Shown piece after piece: positions 6,796 to 15,400 of a DNA stretch of 36,629 bases. The notes under the pieces are model-generated. The model was given only the letters and a program-made list of their open reading frames with translations. It ran no database searches and was not told where the DNA came from. Both the position numbers and the translations under genes were made by a program. The number at the start of each line of letters is the position of its first letter. The first letter of the stretch is position 1. Source of the DNA: an uncultured Pseudomonadales bacterium (GTDB lineage: Bacteria > Patescibacteriota > Microgenomatia > UBA1400 > MFAQ01); assembly GCA_964352325.1 (NCBI GenBank), contig CAYGRQ010000001.1:1-36629 (forward strand). The letters are read 5' to 3'.

Positions 6796-7836
6796 TTATA
6801 TCTGATGCGCGGGTGTTAATTCAAGCAGTCGGGCGCTCATACCCAAAAGGGCCATGAACGATAGGAGCGAGCTGCCGCCATAAGAAAAGAGCGGCAAGGT
6901 AATGCCGGTGACCGGTATAATACCCAGATTCATGCCGATATTGACGACCGTTTGAAAAAGAAAGATAGCGATGATACCCACCCCGAGGAGGCGGTGTTCC
7001 TGTTCTTTTAGCTTTTCGACGGTGGATAACAAGAGGGACAAGAGACTGAAATAGGCGATCAAGGTGAGACTGATGCCCAGAAGGCCGAATTCTTCAGCAA
7101 AGGAGGCAAAAATAAAATCGGTATGCCGCTCGGGCAGGAAATTGAGATGAGACTGGGTGCCGAGACGGACTCCCTTGCCAAAAATGCCGCCGGAGCCGAT
7201 GGCAATGACCGATTGAATGACGTTGTAGCCCCGGCCGCGGGGGTCGTGGTAGGGGTTAATAAATGACTCGAGCCGGTCGAGTTGATAACCCTTGAGAAAA
7301 TAAGGCGACAAGGGAACAAGCAGGAGAAGAAAGAGTAAAAAGATGATAATTTTTTTAGGCGAGAGACCGCTAAAGACAGCCATGAAAGTGGCTAAAGCGG
7401 TGAGAACGAGGGCACTGCCCAAATCCGGCTGGATTTTGACCAAGATCACCGGAATCAGGGCCATGACGATAAAAAGAAGCAGATTCTTGAGTTTATCGAG
7501 CTTGTGTTTAACTAAGAAACCGGCATAGGCCAAAATCAATAGCGGCTTGACGACTTCTGATGTCTGGATACCAAGAAACCACCTGGTGGTCCCTCGAACC
7601 GATGGGGCAAAAAAGAGGGTCAAAATCAACAAGAGGAGACAGAAGATATAGATGAAATTCGAGGCGCCAAAGGCGACAGTCAGGTCAAGTTTGTAAAAAA
7701 CAAAGGCAATCAGCAATCCTATCCCAAGAAACGAGAACTGGACCCAAAAAAGGTCGGGGACGGTACTCCAGATGGTGGTTAAGCCAAAACTAACGAGCAG
7801 ACCGACGGAAATAAGAAGCCTTAGTTTTTTATTCAC
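6796..7836 (-). CDS. rodA: SEDS-family peptidoglycan glycosyltransferase (RodA-like)
   Basis: A polytopic membrane protein with QPDLGSALV, NFLPERHTDFIFASFAEEFGLLG and GITLPLFSYGGSS motifs. The start overlaps the ileS stop by 4 nt. The rodA versus second-ftsW assignment rests on its position outside the dcw cluster. Confidence 0.8.
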   Translation of the reverse strand: MNKKLRLLISVGLLVSFGLTTIWSTVPDLFWVQFSFLGIGLLIAFVFYKLDLTVAFGASNFIYIFCLLLLILTLFFAPSVRGTTRWFLGIQTSEVVKPLLILAYAGFLVKHKLDKLKNLLLFIVMALIPVILVKIQPDLGSALVLTALATFMAVFSGLSPKKIIIFLLFLLLLVPLSPYFLKGYQLDRLESFINPYHDPRGRGYNVIQSVIAIGSGGIFGKGVRLGTQSHLNFLPERHTDFIFASFAEEFGLLGISLTLIAYFSLLSLLLSTVEKLKEQEHRLLGVGIIAIFLFQTVVNIGMNLGIIPVTGITLPLFSYGGSSLLSFMALLGMSARLLELTPAHQI

Positions 7837-10652
7837 TTACGAACAACGGTGAGGGTTGCCCCTTTGGTAATTTGTTTTACTAGTGTTTGTTGTTTGAGAT
7901 AGTCTTCGAATTCAGTTGGCCAGTCGGGAAGGATGACGTCGATAACTTCATCGAGACGACAGGCGGCCGCTTTCCTGGCTTCCTGAATGGCCCGGACCAG
8001 TTCCCTGGCCTGACCTTTTTTGGTGAGATGATCGGTCAGTTTGGTGTCGAAATCAACAGCCAGTTGTTCCCCAGCGACAAACCTTACCTCTTCGACATTG
8101 AGTTCGTCCTTGATCAGGGCCACCAGGTCGCTATCGGTGGCGATGTCTTCAAAATTACCTTTGACGGTCAGGGAAGCAAGCGGTTGTTTGACGGCGATGG
8201 TGTTGGTCTTGCGGAAGGCATGACCGGCTTCGACAATCCGACGCACTTGGGCCATGGCGGTGATTAAATTTTGGTCGATAACTTCAGGAGTAGCGACAGC
8301 CGGCCAGTCAGTCAGGTGGACCGATGCCTCTCCGGTCAGATGCCGATAGATATATTCGGAAATAAAAGGAATGATCGGTGAAACAGCCTGTGAGAAGACG
8401 GCAAAGACGGTCCGGAGGGTGGTGTAGGCCAGGTCACGGTCGGTTTTATCAACCGCAGTCGGCCCGACGCGATCGCGGGAGCGCCTGATATACCAAGTGG
8501 AGAGATCGGAAACAAATGGTCTGATTGTGGCAACGGCCTTTGGTATCTGATAGCCAGCGAGTTGTTTGTCGATTTCCAGAACGGTTTCGTTGAGGCGGGA
8601 AAGGATCCAGAGGTCGAGTTTGGTGGGGACTTGCGCCATTTCAATCTTTGGTTCCCAGTTATCAAGCGCGGCATAGTTAATGAAGAATTTATAGGAGTTC
8701 CAGAGTGTCATCAGAGTCGTTTTCAAGTGTTCCTGCCAATCGGTTTCAGAAATAATGATGTCCTGGCCAACCATGATCGGACTACCCATGAGGTAAAGAC
8801 GGAGAGAGTCGGCACCATATTTGACAATATAATCCTTCGGGTCGGGGTAATTGCCATAGTTCTTGCTCATTTTCCGACCGTCGTTGCCCATGATGACACC
8901 CTGGACGATGACGTTTTTGAAGCAGTTGGTTTTAAAAAGGGCGTTACTAATGACGTGCATGACATAAAACCAAGCCCGAAGTTGGCCGGTATACTCGGTA
9001 ATGAAGTCAGCCGGAAAATTAGCCAGAAATTCTTTTTCGTTTTCAAAGGGATAATGCCGCTGCCCATACGGCATCGAGGCGGCTTCGACCCAACTATCAA
9101 GAACTTCCGGGACACGATGGGCAACCCCGTCGCACTTGATACATTTAATGGTCACCTTGTCGATGTCCGGGCGGTGAAGATCGGTAATCTTTTGGCCCGA
9201 CCAGTCTTCCAAATCCTTGATTGAACTGGGGACAAAAATTTCACCACAGGAACATTCCCAAACGGGAATGGGGGCGCCCCAGTAACGGGTGCGGCTGATA
9301 CACCAATCGGGAGCAGAGTCGATGCCGAGTTCAAAACGGCCGTGCTTGAAGTGACCGGGAACCCAGTTAATGTTTTTGTTGGTCGCTTTCATCTGCTGCT
9401 TGAGTGAAGCGACGTCGAGATACCAAGCTTTTTGAACTTTGTAGATCAGAGGTGTCTCACAGCGATGACAGTGAGGATAGCTATGGATGATTGATTCCAG
9501 TTTGAAGACCAGGTTGTGGCTTTGGAGATCGGCCAGAATCAATTTATCGGCTGATTTGAAAAACTTGCCGGCGGCGACGGTAACTTTCGGGTCAAGTTTC
9601 CCTTCTTCGTCGACCGATTCGGCCATGGTGAGATCGTGTTCTTTGCCAAGGGCGGTGTCGTCCTCACCGAAACCGGGAGCAATGTGGACAATGCCGGTGC
9701 CGTCCTCCAGGGAGACGAAGTCGGCGGCGTAGACTTGGTGGTCCTGGGGCTTGGCCGCATAATAGGCATAGAGGGGCTCGTATGATAGACCGACCAATTT
9801 TTGACCCTTGAATCCGTCTTTTTCCTCGTATTTTTTGTCAGCAAAAACGGCTTTCACGCGGGACTGGGCCAAAATGTAGCGCTCCCCGGCCGACTCGACT
9901 TCGACATAATCCTCGTCGGGGGCGACACCAAGGGCGAAGTTGGTCGGCAGGGTCCAGGGGGTAGTCGTCCAGGCGAGCAAATATTTATCTTCACCTTTGA
10001 CTTTGAATTTGGCGAAGACAGAAGGGTCGGTGACATCTTTGTAGGAGTTGTCCATGGCGACCTCGAAGTTAGAAATCGGGGTGGAACAGCGAGGACAAAA
10101 GAGCGAGACGCGTTTGCCTTTGTAGATTAGTTTTTTGTCGTAGAGCTTATGGAAAACCCAGATGACCGACTCCATATAGTCGGTATCCATGGTCTTGTAG
10201 GCGTTTTTGAAATCAACCCAACGGCCGATGTGGTCGACGTACCACTCCCACTCAGCGCTGACGTTGCCAACATAATCCTTGCAGGCGGCGATGAATTTAT
10301 CGATGCCCAGGGTCTCGATTTCTTTCTTGCTGTTGATGCCCAGTTGTTTCTCGACTTTGTTTTCGGCGGGGAGACCGTGACAGTCCCAACCCCAAACGCG
10401 TCTGACGCGCTTGCCCTTCATGGTCTGGTAACGGGGAATGACGTCTTTGACGATACTACCCAAGAGGTGGCCATAATGGGGTAAACCGGTGATGAAGGGT
10501 GGGCCGTCGTAGAAACTGTAAGAGTCTTTTTCCGGTCGCATCTGGACTGACTTCTCAAAGATTTCGTTTTTCTTCCAGTACGCCAAAACCTCCTCCTCGA
10601 CCTGGTTAGGAACGTAATTGGTCTCGATTGGCTTTAGTTTGTGTTTGGCCAT
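7833..10652 (-). CDS. ileS: Isoleucine--tRNA ligase (type 2-like)
   Basis: PHYGH (HIGH) and KMSKNYGN (KMSKS) motifs, with an editing-domain region WTTTPWTLP. I use ATG 10652 (MAKHKLKPIETNYVPNQVEEEVL...) rather than the ORF-track start at 10730, which would overlap the upstream deacetylase gene. Confidence 0.93.
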   Translation of the reverse strand: MAKHKLKPIETNYVPNQVEEEVLAYWKKNEIFEKSVQMRPEKDSYSFYDGPPFITGLPHYGHLLGSIVKDVIPRYQTMKGKRVRRVWGWDCHGLPAENKVEKQLGINSKKEIETLGIDKFIAACKDYVGNVSAEWEWYVDHIGRWVDFKNAYKTMDTDYMESVIWVFHKLYDKKLIYKGKRVSLFCPRCSTPISNFEVAMDNSYKDVTDPSVFAKFKVKGEDKYLLAWTTTPWTLPTNFALGVAPDEDYVEVESAGERYILAQSRVKAVFADKKYEEKDGFKGQKLVGLSYEPLYAYYAAKPQDHQVYAADFVSLEDGTGIVHIAPGFGEDDTALGKEHDLTMAESVDEEGKLDPKVTVAAGKFFKSADKLILADLQSHNLVFKLESIIHSYPHCHRCETPLIYKVQKAWYLDVASLKQQMKATNKNINWVPGHFKHGRFELGIDSAPDWCISRTRYWGAPIPVWECSCGEIFVPSSIKDLEDWSGQKITDLHRPDIDKVTIKCIKCDGVAHRVPEVLDSWVEAASMPYGQRHYPFENEKEFLANFPADFITEYTGQLRAWFYVMHVISNALFKTNCFKNVIVQGVIMGNDGRKMSKNYGNYPDPKDYIVKYGADSLRLYLMGSPIMVGQDIIISETDWQEHLKTTLMTLWNSYKFFINYAALDNWEPKIEMAQVPTKLDLWILSRLNETVLEIDKQLAGYQIPKAVATIRPFVSDLSTWYIRRSRDRVGPTAVDKTDRDLAYTTLRTVFAVFSQAVSPIIPFISEYIYRHLTGEASVHLTDWPAVATPEVIDQNLITAMAQVRRIVEAGHAFRKTNTIAVKQPLASLTVKGNFEDIATDSDLVALIKDELNVEEVRFVAGEQLAVDFDTKLTDHLTKKGQARELVRAIQEARKAAACRLDEVIDVILPDWPTEFEDYLKQQTLVKQITKGATLTVVRK

Positions 10653-10671
10653 TTTATTCTTTTTTATAACA

Positions 10672-11418
10672 TTAGTCGGCCTTGATGTAGCGGAATTGTT
10701 CGTAGCGACGACCCTCTTTCTCTGGAGCAAAGTAATCGGCTGCTCCCTTGGCTTTTTCTTCGCTATATTGGGATTTGTGACTTGCGATGGCGTTTATTTT
10801 CTGATCGAAAAAATTGGTTATATCAAAATAAACTAGGTCAGGATCTCCCCAGAAATCAGCGAAAAGAAACTCTTTTACTATATGTGGCGACAATCCTTCT
10901 TCGATCTGTTTGGGGAAAAATAAATTGTCTCGAGAGTAAGGGTAGGCGGCGTCAACTGCTGATATGGCTGTATTTCGATGATCTCGATGATTTAAATAAA
11001 ACTCTCCAAAATCATCTTTGATAATTACTTTCTCTGGATTATGGGTGACGATTAGATCCGGCCTAAAAGTACGGATTTGCTTGACGATTTTTTCGATGTT
11101 ATCAAGATTATTTTCGATTTGACCGTCGCCTAAATTTAGATTGACGCTGTTTTTTGGAGCAAGACCCAAAATCTCTAAACCAGCTTCATCCTCGGTCTCT
11201 CGGATGTTTGCTAGATCGGACTCGGTATATTTATCTTGGCGTGAGCCTTTGTTTCCTTTGGTCGTTTTGACATGTAAGACCTCGATCCCTTCTTTGACCA
11301 GCCTAGCTATAAGTCCACCGGAATACATCTCCGCGTCGTCGGGATGAGCATAAACAAACATCACCTTTTTCTTACTGGAAAAAATTTCCGAGAATGAATC
11401 TTTTACCATGTTGTTCAT
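10672..11418 (-). CDS. PIG-L/LmbE family N-acetylglucosaminyl deacetylase
   Basis: VMFVYAHPDDAEMYSGG (the AHPDD zinc-binding motif) and downstream HRDHRN. Confidence 0.8.
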   Translation of the reverse strand: MNNMVKDSFSEIFSSKKKVMFVYAHPDDAEMYSGGLIARLVKEGIEVLHVKTTKGNKGSRQDKYTESDLANIRETEDEAGLEILGLAPKNSVNLNLGDGQIENNLDNIEKIVKQIRTFRPDLIVTHNPEKVIIKDDFGEFYLNHRDHRNTAISAVDAAYPYSRDNLFFPKQIEEGLSPHIVKEFLFADFWGDPDLVYFDITNFFDQKINAIASHKSQYSEEKAKGAADYFAPEKEGRRYEQFRYIKAD

Positions 11419-11444
11419 TTTACTATATTTATGAGCGTCGCTTT

Positions 11445-11469
11445 CCTGCAGGGTCTGACCCCGTAGGTG
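11445..11469 (+). repeat. REP-like 25-mer, left copy
   Basis: CCTGCAGGGTCTGACCCCGTAGGTG is identical to 12138-12162. It is an imperfect palindrome CCTGCAGGG-TCTGA-CCCCGTAGG (7 Watson-Crick pairs, 1 G.T, 1 mismatch). It ends 1 nt before the Y1-transposase ORF. Confidence 0.9.
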
Positions 11470-11470
11470 A

Positions 11471-12136
11471 TTGGGGTGCTATGCTGGAGTAGAAGTGCCT
11501 GGCAAAAACATAATCAAGATTTACGATGAAAACGGTTATTATCATATTTACAATCGTGGAGTGGAGAAACGGAATATCTTTCTTGATCAGCAGGACCATT
11601 CGGTATTTCTTTCGTATCTGATGATATATTTGTCACCCGTTGATCAAAATCAAAAAATTTCTCCTTCGAAGAGGCTTAAAAACTATTTTGGAATTGTTGA
11701 CCTGCTTTGTTATTGCCTAATGCCCAATCACTTTCATCTACTGATAAAGCAACATGTTTCTACGGGGATTGCTGATTTTGTCCAATCAGTCTCGACGAAG
11801 TATGCGATGTATTTTAATAAGAAATATCAAAGGTCCGGACATCTCTTTCAGGGAGCCTATCGGGCGGTAACGATTGATTCTGAAGCCCAATTGCTCCAGT
11901 TGTCTCGTTATATTCATCGTAACCCCGACCCTGCAAGGTCTGACCCTGCAGGTTTGCTGGAGTATCGATATTCGAGCCTACCGATTTATCTAGGGAAATT
12001 TAATCAGTCGTGGGTTAGAAACCAGGAGATATCGTGCTTATTTTCTAAAGGTGACGTTCTAAATTCGTACAAATCATTTGTGCTCGAGTCCGTGGATCTC
12101 TCGGACATGAGTTCTCTGTTGATTGATTACGATTAG
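11471..12136 (+). CDS. REP-associated / IS200-like Y1 (HUH) tyrosine transposase homolog
   Basis: YYHIYNRGVEKRNIF, the HUH motif in CLMPNHFHLLIKQ, and a catalytic-Tyr region LSRYIHRNP...YRYSS. The start is uncertain: TTG 11471 in the track, or GTG 11495 as an alternative. Confidence 0.8.
   Translation: MGCYAGVEVPGKNIIKIYDENGYYHIYNRGVEKRNIFLDQQDHSVFLSYLMIYLSPVDQNQKISPSKRLKNYFGIVDLLCYCLMPNHFHLLIKQHVSTGIADFVQSVSTKYAMYFNKKYQRSGHLFQGAYRAVTIDSEAQLLQLSRYIHRNPDPARSDPAGLLEYRYSSLPIYLGKFNQSWVRNQEISCLFSKGDVLNSYKSFVLESVDLSDMSSLLIDYD
11930..11952 (+). repeat. REP-like palindrome embedded in frame in the transposase CDS
   Basis: CCTGCAAGG-TCTGA-CCCTGCAGG pairs at 8 of 9 positions. It encodes PARSDPAG directly after YIHRNPD. 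Confidence 0.75.
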
Positions 12137-12137
12137 G

Positions 12138-12162
12138 CCTGCAGGGTCTGACCCCGTAGGTG
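12138..12162 (+). repeat. REP-like 25-mer, right copy
   Basis: Identical to 11445-11469. It fills the gap between the transposase stop (12134-12136) and the convergent ftsZ stop (12163-12165), leaving only nt 12137 before it. Confidence 0.9.
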
Positions 12163-13362
12163 TTACTGGCGCTTGCGGAGGAAGGTGGGAATGTCGAGGT
12201 CGTCTTCGATCGTAACCTCGCGGTGCTTGATATGTAGTCTATCCCTCAAGCTGATTGGTTGTTCCGCGGAAATCTCCTCGACGGCGGGCTCGAGGGCCAA
12301 CTCGGGCGCCTCTTCCTCAGCAAACTCTGCCGGTTCTGGCTGGGCGGCTGGGCGGGAGAAGTAATTAGGGTTAACGCGGCTAACGAAACTTTGCATCCGG
12401 CGGCGGTTTTCATCGAAGCCAGTAGCGATGACGGAAATCTTGATGTCCTCACCCAGATCTTCTCTGATGGTGGCACCAAAAATAATGTTGGCGTCGGGAT
12501 CGGCGGCGGCGGAGATGATATTGGCGGCATCATTGACCTCGTTCATGGTCAGGCTTTTGCCGGCGCTGATATTAAAGAGAATGCCGCGGGCGCCATCGAT
12601 ACTAATTTCCAGCAGCGGCGAGCTGACGGCTTGTTTGGCGGCGGTGACGGCGCGCTTGTCGCCGCTGGCGGTTCCGATACCCATGAGGGCAGAACCGGCG
12701 TTACACATAACTGTCTTGACGTCGGCGAAATCGACGTTGATCAGCCCTGGAATGGTGATCAGATCAGAAATACTTTGGACACCCTGAGAAAGAACCGAGT
12801 CGGCCATTCGGAAAGCATTAAGAAGGGTGTCTTCTTTTCTGATGACATCGAGAATTCTTTGGTTAGGAATGACGATCAAGGTGTCGACTTCTTTTTTCAG
12901 TTTTTCGATCCCCTCTTCGGCCTGGACCATGCGCCGGGTACCTTCAAAAAGAAATGGTTTGGTGACGACGGCGACGGTGAGGGCGCCGACTTCTTTGGCG
13001 ACGGAGGCGATGATCGGAGCGGCGCCGCTACCGGTTCCTCCACCTTCACCGGCAGTGATGAAAACCATGTCGGTGCCGGCAAGCAGATCGCGGATTTTGT
13101 CGCGGCTTTCTTCGGCAGCGGCTTGACCGATTTCCGGATTGGCACCCGACCCCAGACCCTTGGTGACCCGCTCACCAATTTGGAGTTTGATATCGGCGTT
13201 GTTGGCCAACAGCGCCTGGAGGTCGGTATTGATGGCGATGAACTCAACACCCTGGATCTTGCTATCGGAAATCATGGAATTGAGGGCATTGTTTCCCCCA
13301 CCGCCGACACCGAGAACTTTGATCTTGGCAAATGAATTAATATCAGGTTTGACTAAAGCCAT
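12163..13362 (-). CDS. ftsZ: Cell division protein FtsZ
   Basis: [26 protein letters not shown], and the C-terminal peptide [13 protein letters not shown]. Confidence 0.97.
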   Translation of the reverse strand: MALVKPDINSFAKIKVLGVGGGGNNALNSMISDSKIQGVEFIAINTDLQALLANNADIKLQIGERVTKGLGSGANPEIGQAAAEESRDKIRDLLAGTDMVFITAGEGGGTGSGAAPIIASVAKEVGALTVAVVTKPFLFEGTRRMVQAEEGIEKLKKEVDTLIVIPNQRILDVIRKEDTLLNAFRMADSVLSQGVQSISDLITIPGLINVDFADVKTVMCNAGSALMGIGTASGDKRAVTAAKQAVSSPLLEISIDGARGILFNISAGKSLTMNEVNDAANIISAAADPDANIIFGATIREDLGEDIKISVIATGFDENRRRMQSFVSRVNPNYFSRPAAQPEPAEFAEEEAPELALEPAVEEISAEQPISLRDRLHIKHREVTIEDDLDIPTFLRKRQ

Positions 13363-13382
13363 GTTAGATTTATTTTGGCGTC

Positions 13383-13411
13383 ATTGTACATAATGGGGCA
13401 GGAGATAACAA
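13383..13411 (-). promoter_or_regulatory. Candidate sigma70-type promoter for ftsZ
   Basis: The minus strand reads TTGTTA, a 17-nt spacer, then TACAAT, located in the 62-nt ftsA-ftsZ spacer. Pattern match only. Confidence 0.35.
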
Positions 13412-13424
13412 GAAGGCGGGCGGC

Positions 13425-14690
13425 TCAGGGCAGAAACGATTTGACGAACTCAAACGCCTTGTCCAGAAAGCCCTTGAGTGGCAGTTTTTTTGTCAGTTGA
13501 TCGAAAACGGATTTTTTGCTGCCGCCATATTCATTCTTTTTGCCGGCGCCATACAAGATAAGACCGACGGTGGCGGCGTAAGCGGGCGAACCGATTTCTT
13601 CGACGAGCCCGGAAAGACCGGCGGGGCTACCAACACGAGTTGGCAGTTGGAGAACGCGTTTACAGGCCGAAGCGGCGTCAACGGTCATCGAACCGCCGCC
13701 GCAGAGAACGATGCCGGCTGGGGCTTGACCGGCATAACCGGATTTTTTGATCGCTGTCCCAACCATGGTAAAAATTTCATTGAGACGAGGTCGAATAATG
13801 CCGTCGACAATGGTTTTGCGGCTGATGGTTTTGGTTTCTTCCTTCAGGCCCAAGCGGTTTAGATTGACTTCATCGGTTTTCTCGGCTGTTCCTTCCGGTG
13901 CGCTACTGAGATAATGTTTAATTTTTTCGGCGGACTCGAGACTAACCATCAGACCGATAGCGAGATCGTCAGTGACCTTTTTGGCACCGACAGGAATAAC
14001 AGTTGAGTAGGCACAAGCGCCTTCGATATAAATGGAAAGACTGGTCGTACCCCCACCGATATCAACCAGGACAACTCCCAACTCCTTTTCAGTCTCTGTC
14101 AAGACAGAGTAACTGCCGGCTAAACCGGTATAGACCATGCCGCTGACGTCGATACCGATCTCAGTGACGCACTTGGCCATGTTCTTCATGGCGACCGAAG
14201 AACAGGTGATCAGATGAGCGTCGGTCTCCAAACGAACGCCGGCCATGCCGATGGGATCTTTGATCCCCCGTTGGGAATCGACAATATATTCACGAGGCAG
14301 AACGTGAAGAATCTCGCGGCTGTTGGGGAGTGAAACAGCCCGAGCGGCCTCGACAACGCGATAGACATCCTCCTCCCCGATTTCCCCTTCGGGTTGGGTA
14401 ATAGCAACGACGCCCTTACTGTTTTGGGACTGAATATGTTCACCGGAAATAGAAACATAGGCGTTGTTGATCGAGAAACCGGTCATTCTTTCGGCCGCTT
14501 CGACGCAGTCGGTGATGGCGGAGACGGCCTCGTCAATGTCGACGATCTGACCCTTCCTGACGCCCCGGCTCGGAGTAGTGGCGACACCAACGACATTAAT
14601 CTTGTCAGAATCGCTACTCTCTACGGTAATAAGACAACTGATTTTGCTACTGCCAACGTCAATGGCGTTCATGGAGGTTGTTTTGGCCAT
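13425..14690 (-). CDS. ftsA: Cell division protein FtsA
   Basis: Actin-like ATPase motifs (AIDVGSSKISCLI, VLVDIGGGTTSLSI, VLCGGGS) and a C-terminal amphipathic tail KGFLDKAFEFVKSFLP. Confidence 0.93.
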   Translation of the reverse strand: MAKTTSMNAIDVGSSKISCLITVESSDSDKINVVGVATTPSRGVRKGQIVDIDEAVSAITDCVEAAERMTGFSINNAYVSISGEHIQSQNSKGVVAITQPEGEIGEEDVYRVVEAARAVSLPNSREILHVLPREYIVDSQRGIKDPIGMAGVRLETDAHLITCSSVAMKNMAKCVTEIGIDVSGMVYTGLAGSYSVLTETEKELGVVLVDIGGGTTSLSIYIEGACAYSTVIPVGAKKVTDDLAIGLMVSLESAEKIKHYLSSAPEGTAEKTDEVNLNRLGLKEETKTISRKTIVDGIIRPRLNEIFTMVGTAIKKSGYAGQAPAGIVLCGGGSMTVDAASACKRVLQLPTRVGSPAGLSGLVEEIGSPAYAATVGLILYGAGKKNEYGGSKKSVFDQLTKKLPLKGFLDKAFEFVKSFLP

Positions 14691-14692
14691 TA

Positions 14693-15400
14693 TTATTTCA
14701 GTATAGGGTTACTGTATCTAAAATCAATAACACTAAGCTCGTTTATTGTAACGGCCATGAGGAGACGTTGTAAAGCCATGAGAGTTGGCGGTGGGTCGGA
14801 AGCAAAACTAAAGAGGTAGTCCGGTTGGTCTGTGACTTTGACAACGAGCAGGTGGGGTAGGAGATAAATGGCCTCGGTCGGCAACTTGGCGTCAGCAATC
14901 GCCTTGAGCCAGGAAAAAGCAGCCAGTAGGTAATCTGACTTAGGGATTTCGGAAGCAATTAGATAGATTGTCGTTTCGTTCTCGCTTTGGTCAAGAATGC
15001 CGCCAGGCAGGAGGCGAAAAGTTTTTCCGTTTGAGGCGGCGACAAAACGAGCCAATTCAATCGACGGGGCAATGATTTCTGTCAGGGAGGGAGTGCCAAA
15101 AATGGCTTTTAAGTAAAAGCTAGTTGCCGGCGGGGTCAGAGCGATCACTAACCGGCCGGGAAGCCGGACCGAAATCTTTGCCTGATCGGCCAAACCGGAG
15201 GCGACAATTTCCCGCGCTAACTGGCGCTGACGAAGCAATAAAAGAGATCGACCTTGGTATCTTTCGGCCAGATTTTGAATCGCTTCGGGACAAGGTGAAT
15301 TATCAGCCCGGCAAACAATGGTGCTGATTTTCAAGAAACGCTGGTTAATCAAAATCAGGCCGGCAATAACGGCTAGAGAGCTAGCTTTGAAGGTATTCAT
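14693..15400 (-). CDS. ftsQ: FtsQ/DivIB-like cell division protein (assigned by position and topology)
   Basis: A single N-terminal TM segment (SSLAVIAGLILI) followed by a ~200 aa extracytoplasmic domain, sitting between murG and ftsA. ATG 15400 is preferred over the track's TTG at 15433. I see no strong motif. Confidence 0.5.
   Translation of the reverse strand: MNTFKASSLAVIAGLILINQRFLKISTIVCRADNSPCPEAIQNLAERYQGRSLLLLRQRQLAREIVASGLADQAKISVRLPGRLVIALTPPATSFYLKAIFGTPSLTEIIAPSIELARFVAASNGKTFRLLPGGILDQSENETTIYLIASEIPKSDYLLAAFSWLKAIADAKLPTEAIYLLPHLLVVKVTDQPDYLFSFASDPPPTLMALQRLLMAVTINELSVIDFRYSNPILK

Noticed and set aside
8562-9224. Long antisense ORFs inside ileS (8562-9224, 7887-8267, 9801-10130, 10149-10484), and similar ones inside DUF4012 (26209-26733), GT4 (30034-30546), parB/rpmA (5103-5582) and the lipase fusion (1293-1838).
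   Set aside because: All lie opposite well-supported genes, have no recognisable motifs, and have composition typical of antisense frames.
10653-10671. T-box or other leader riboswitches upstream of ileS and glyQS.
   Set aside because: The upstream spacers are only 19 nt (ileS) and 9 nt (glyQS, 25327-25335), far too short for a T-box leader.
10653-10730. N-terminal extensions in the ORF track for ileS (to 10730), ftsW (to 17617), rsmH (to 21900), GT4 (to 30654), ftsQ-like (to 15433) and lepB (from 3739).
   Set aside because: Each extension overlaps the upstream gene or structured non-coding DNA. An internal ATG gives a native-looking N-terminus, usually forming an ATGA stop/start overlap.
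12259-13335. A 358-aa plus-strand ORF covering almost all of ftsZ, plus companions at 12428-12787 and 12827-13126.
   Set aside because: It is antisense to an unmistakable FtsZ. The translation is low-complexity and G/D/A-rich with no motifs, which is the typical shadow ORF of a GC-skewed, codon-biased gene.
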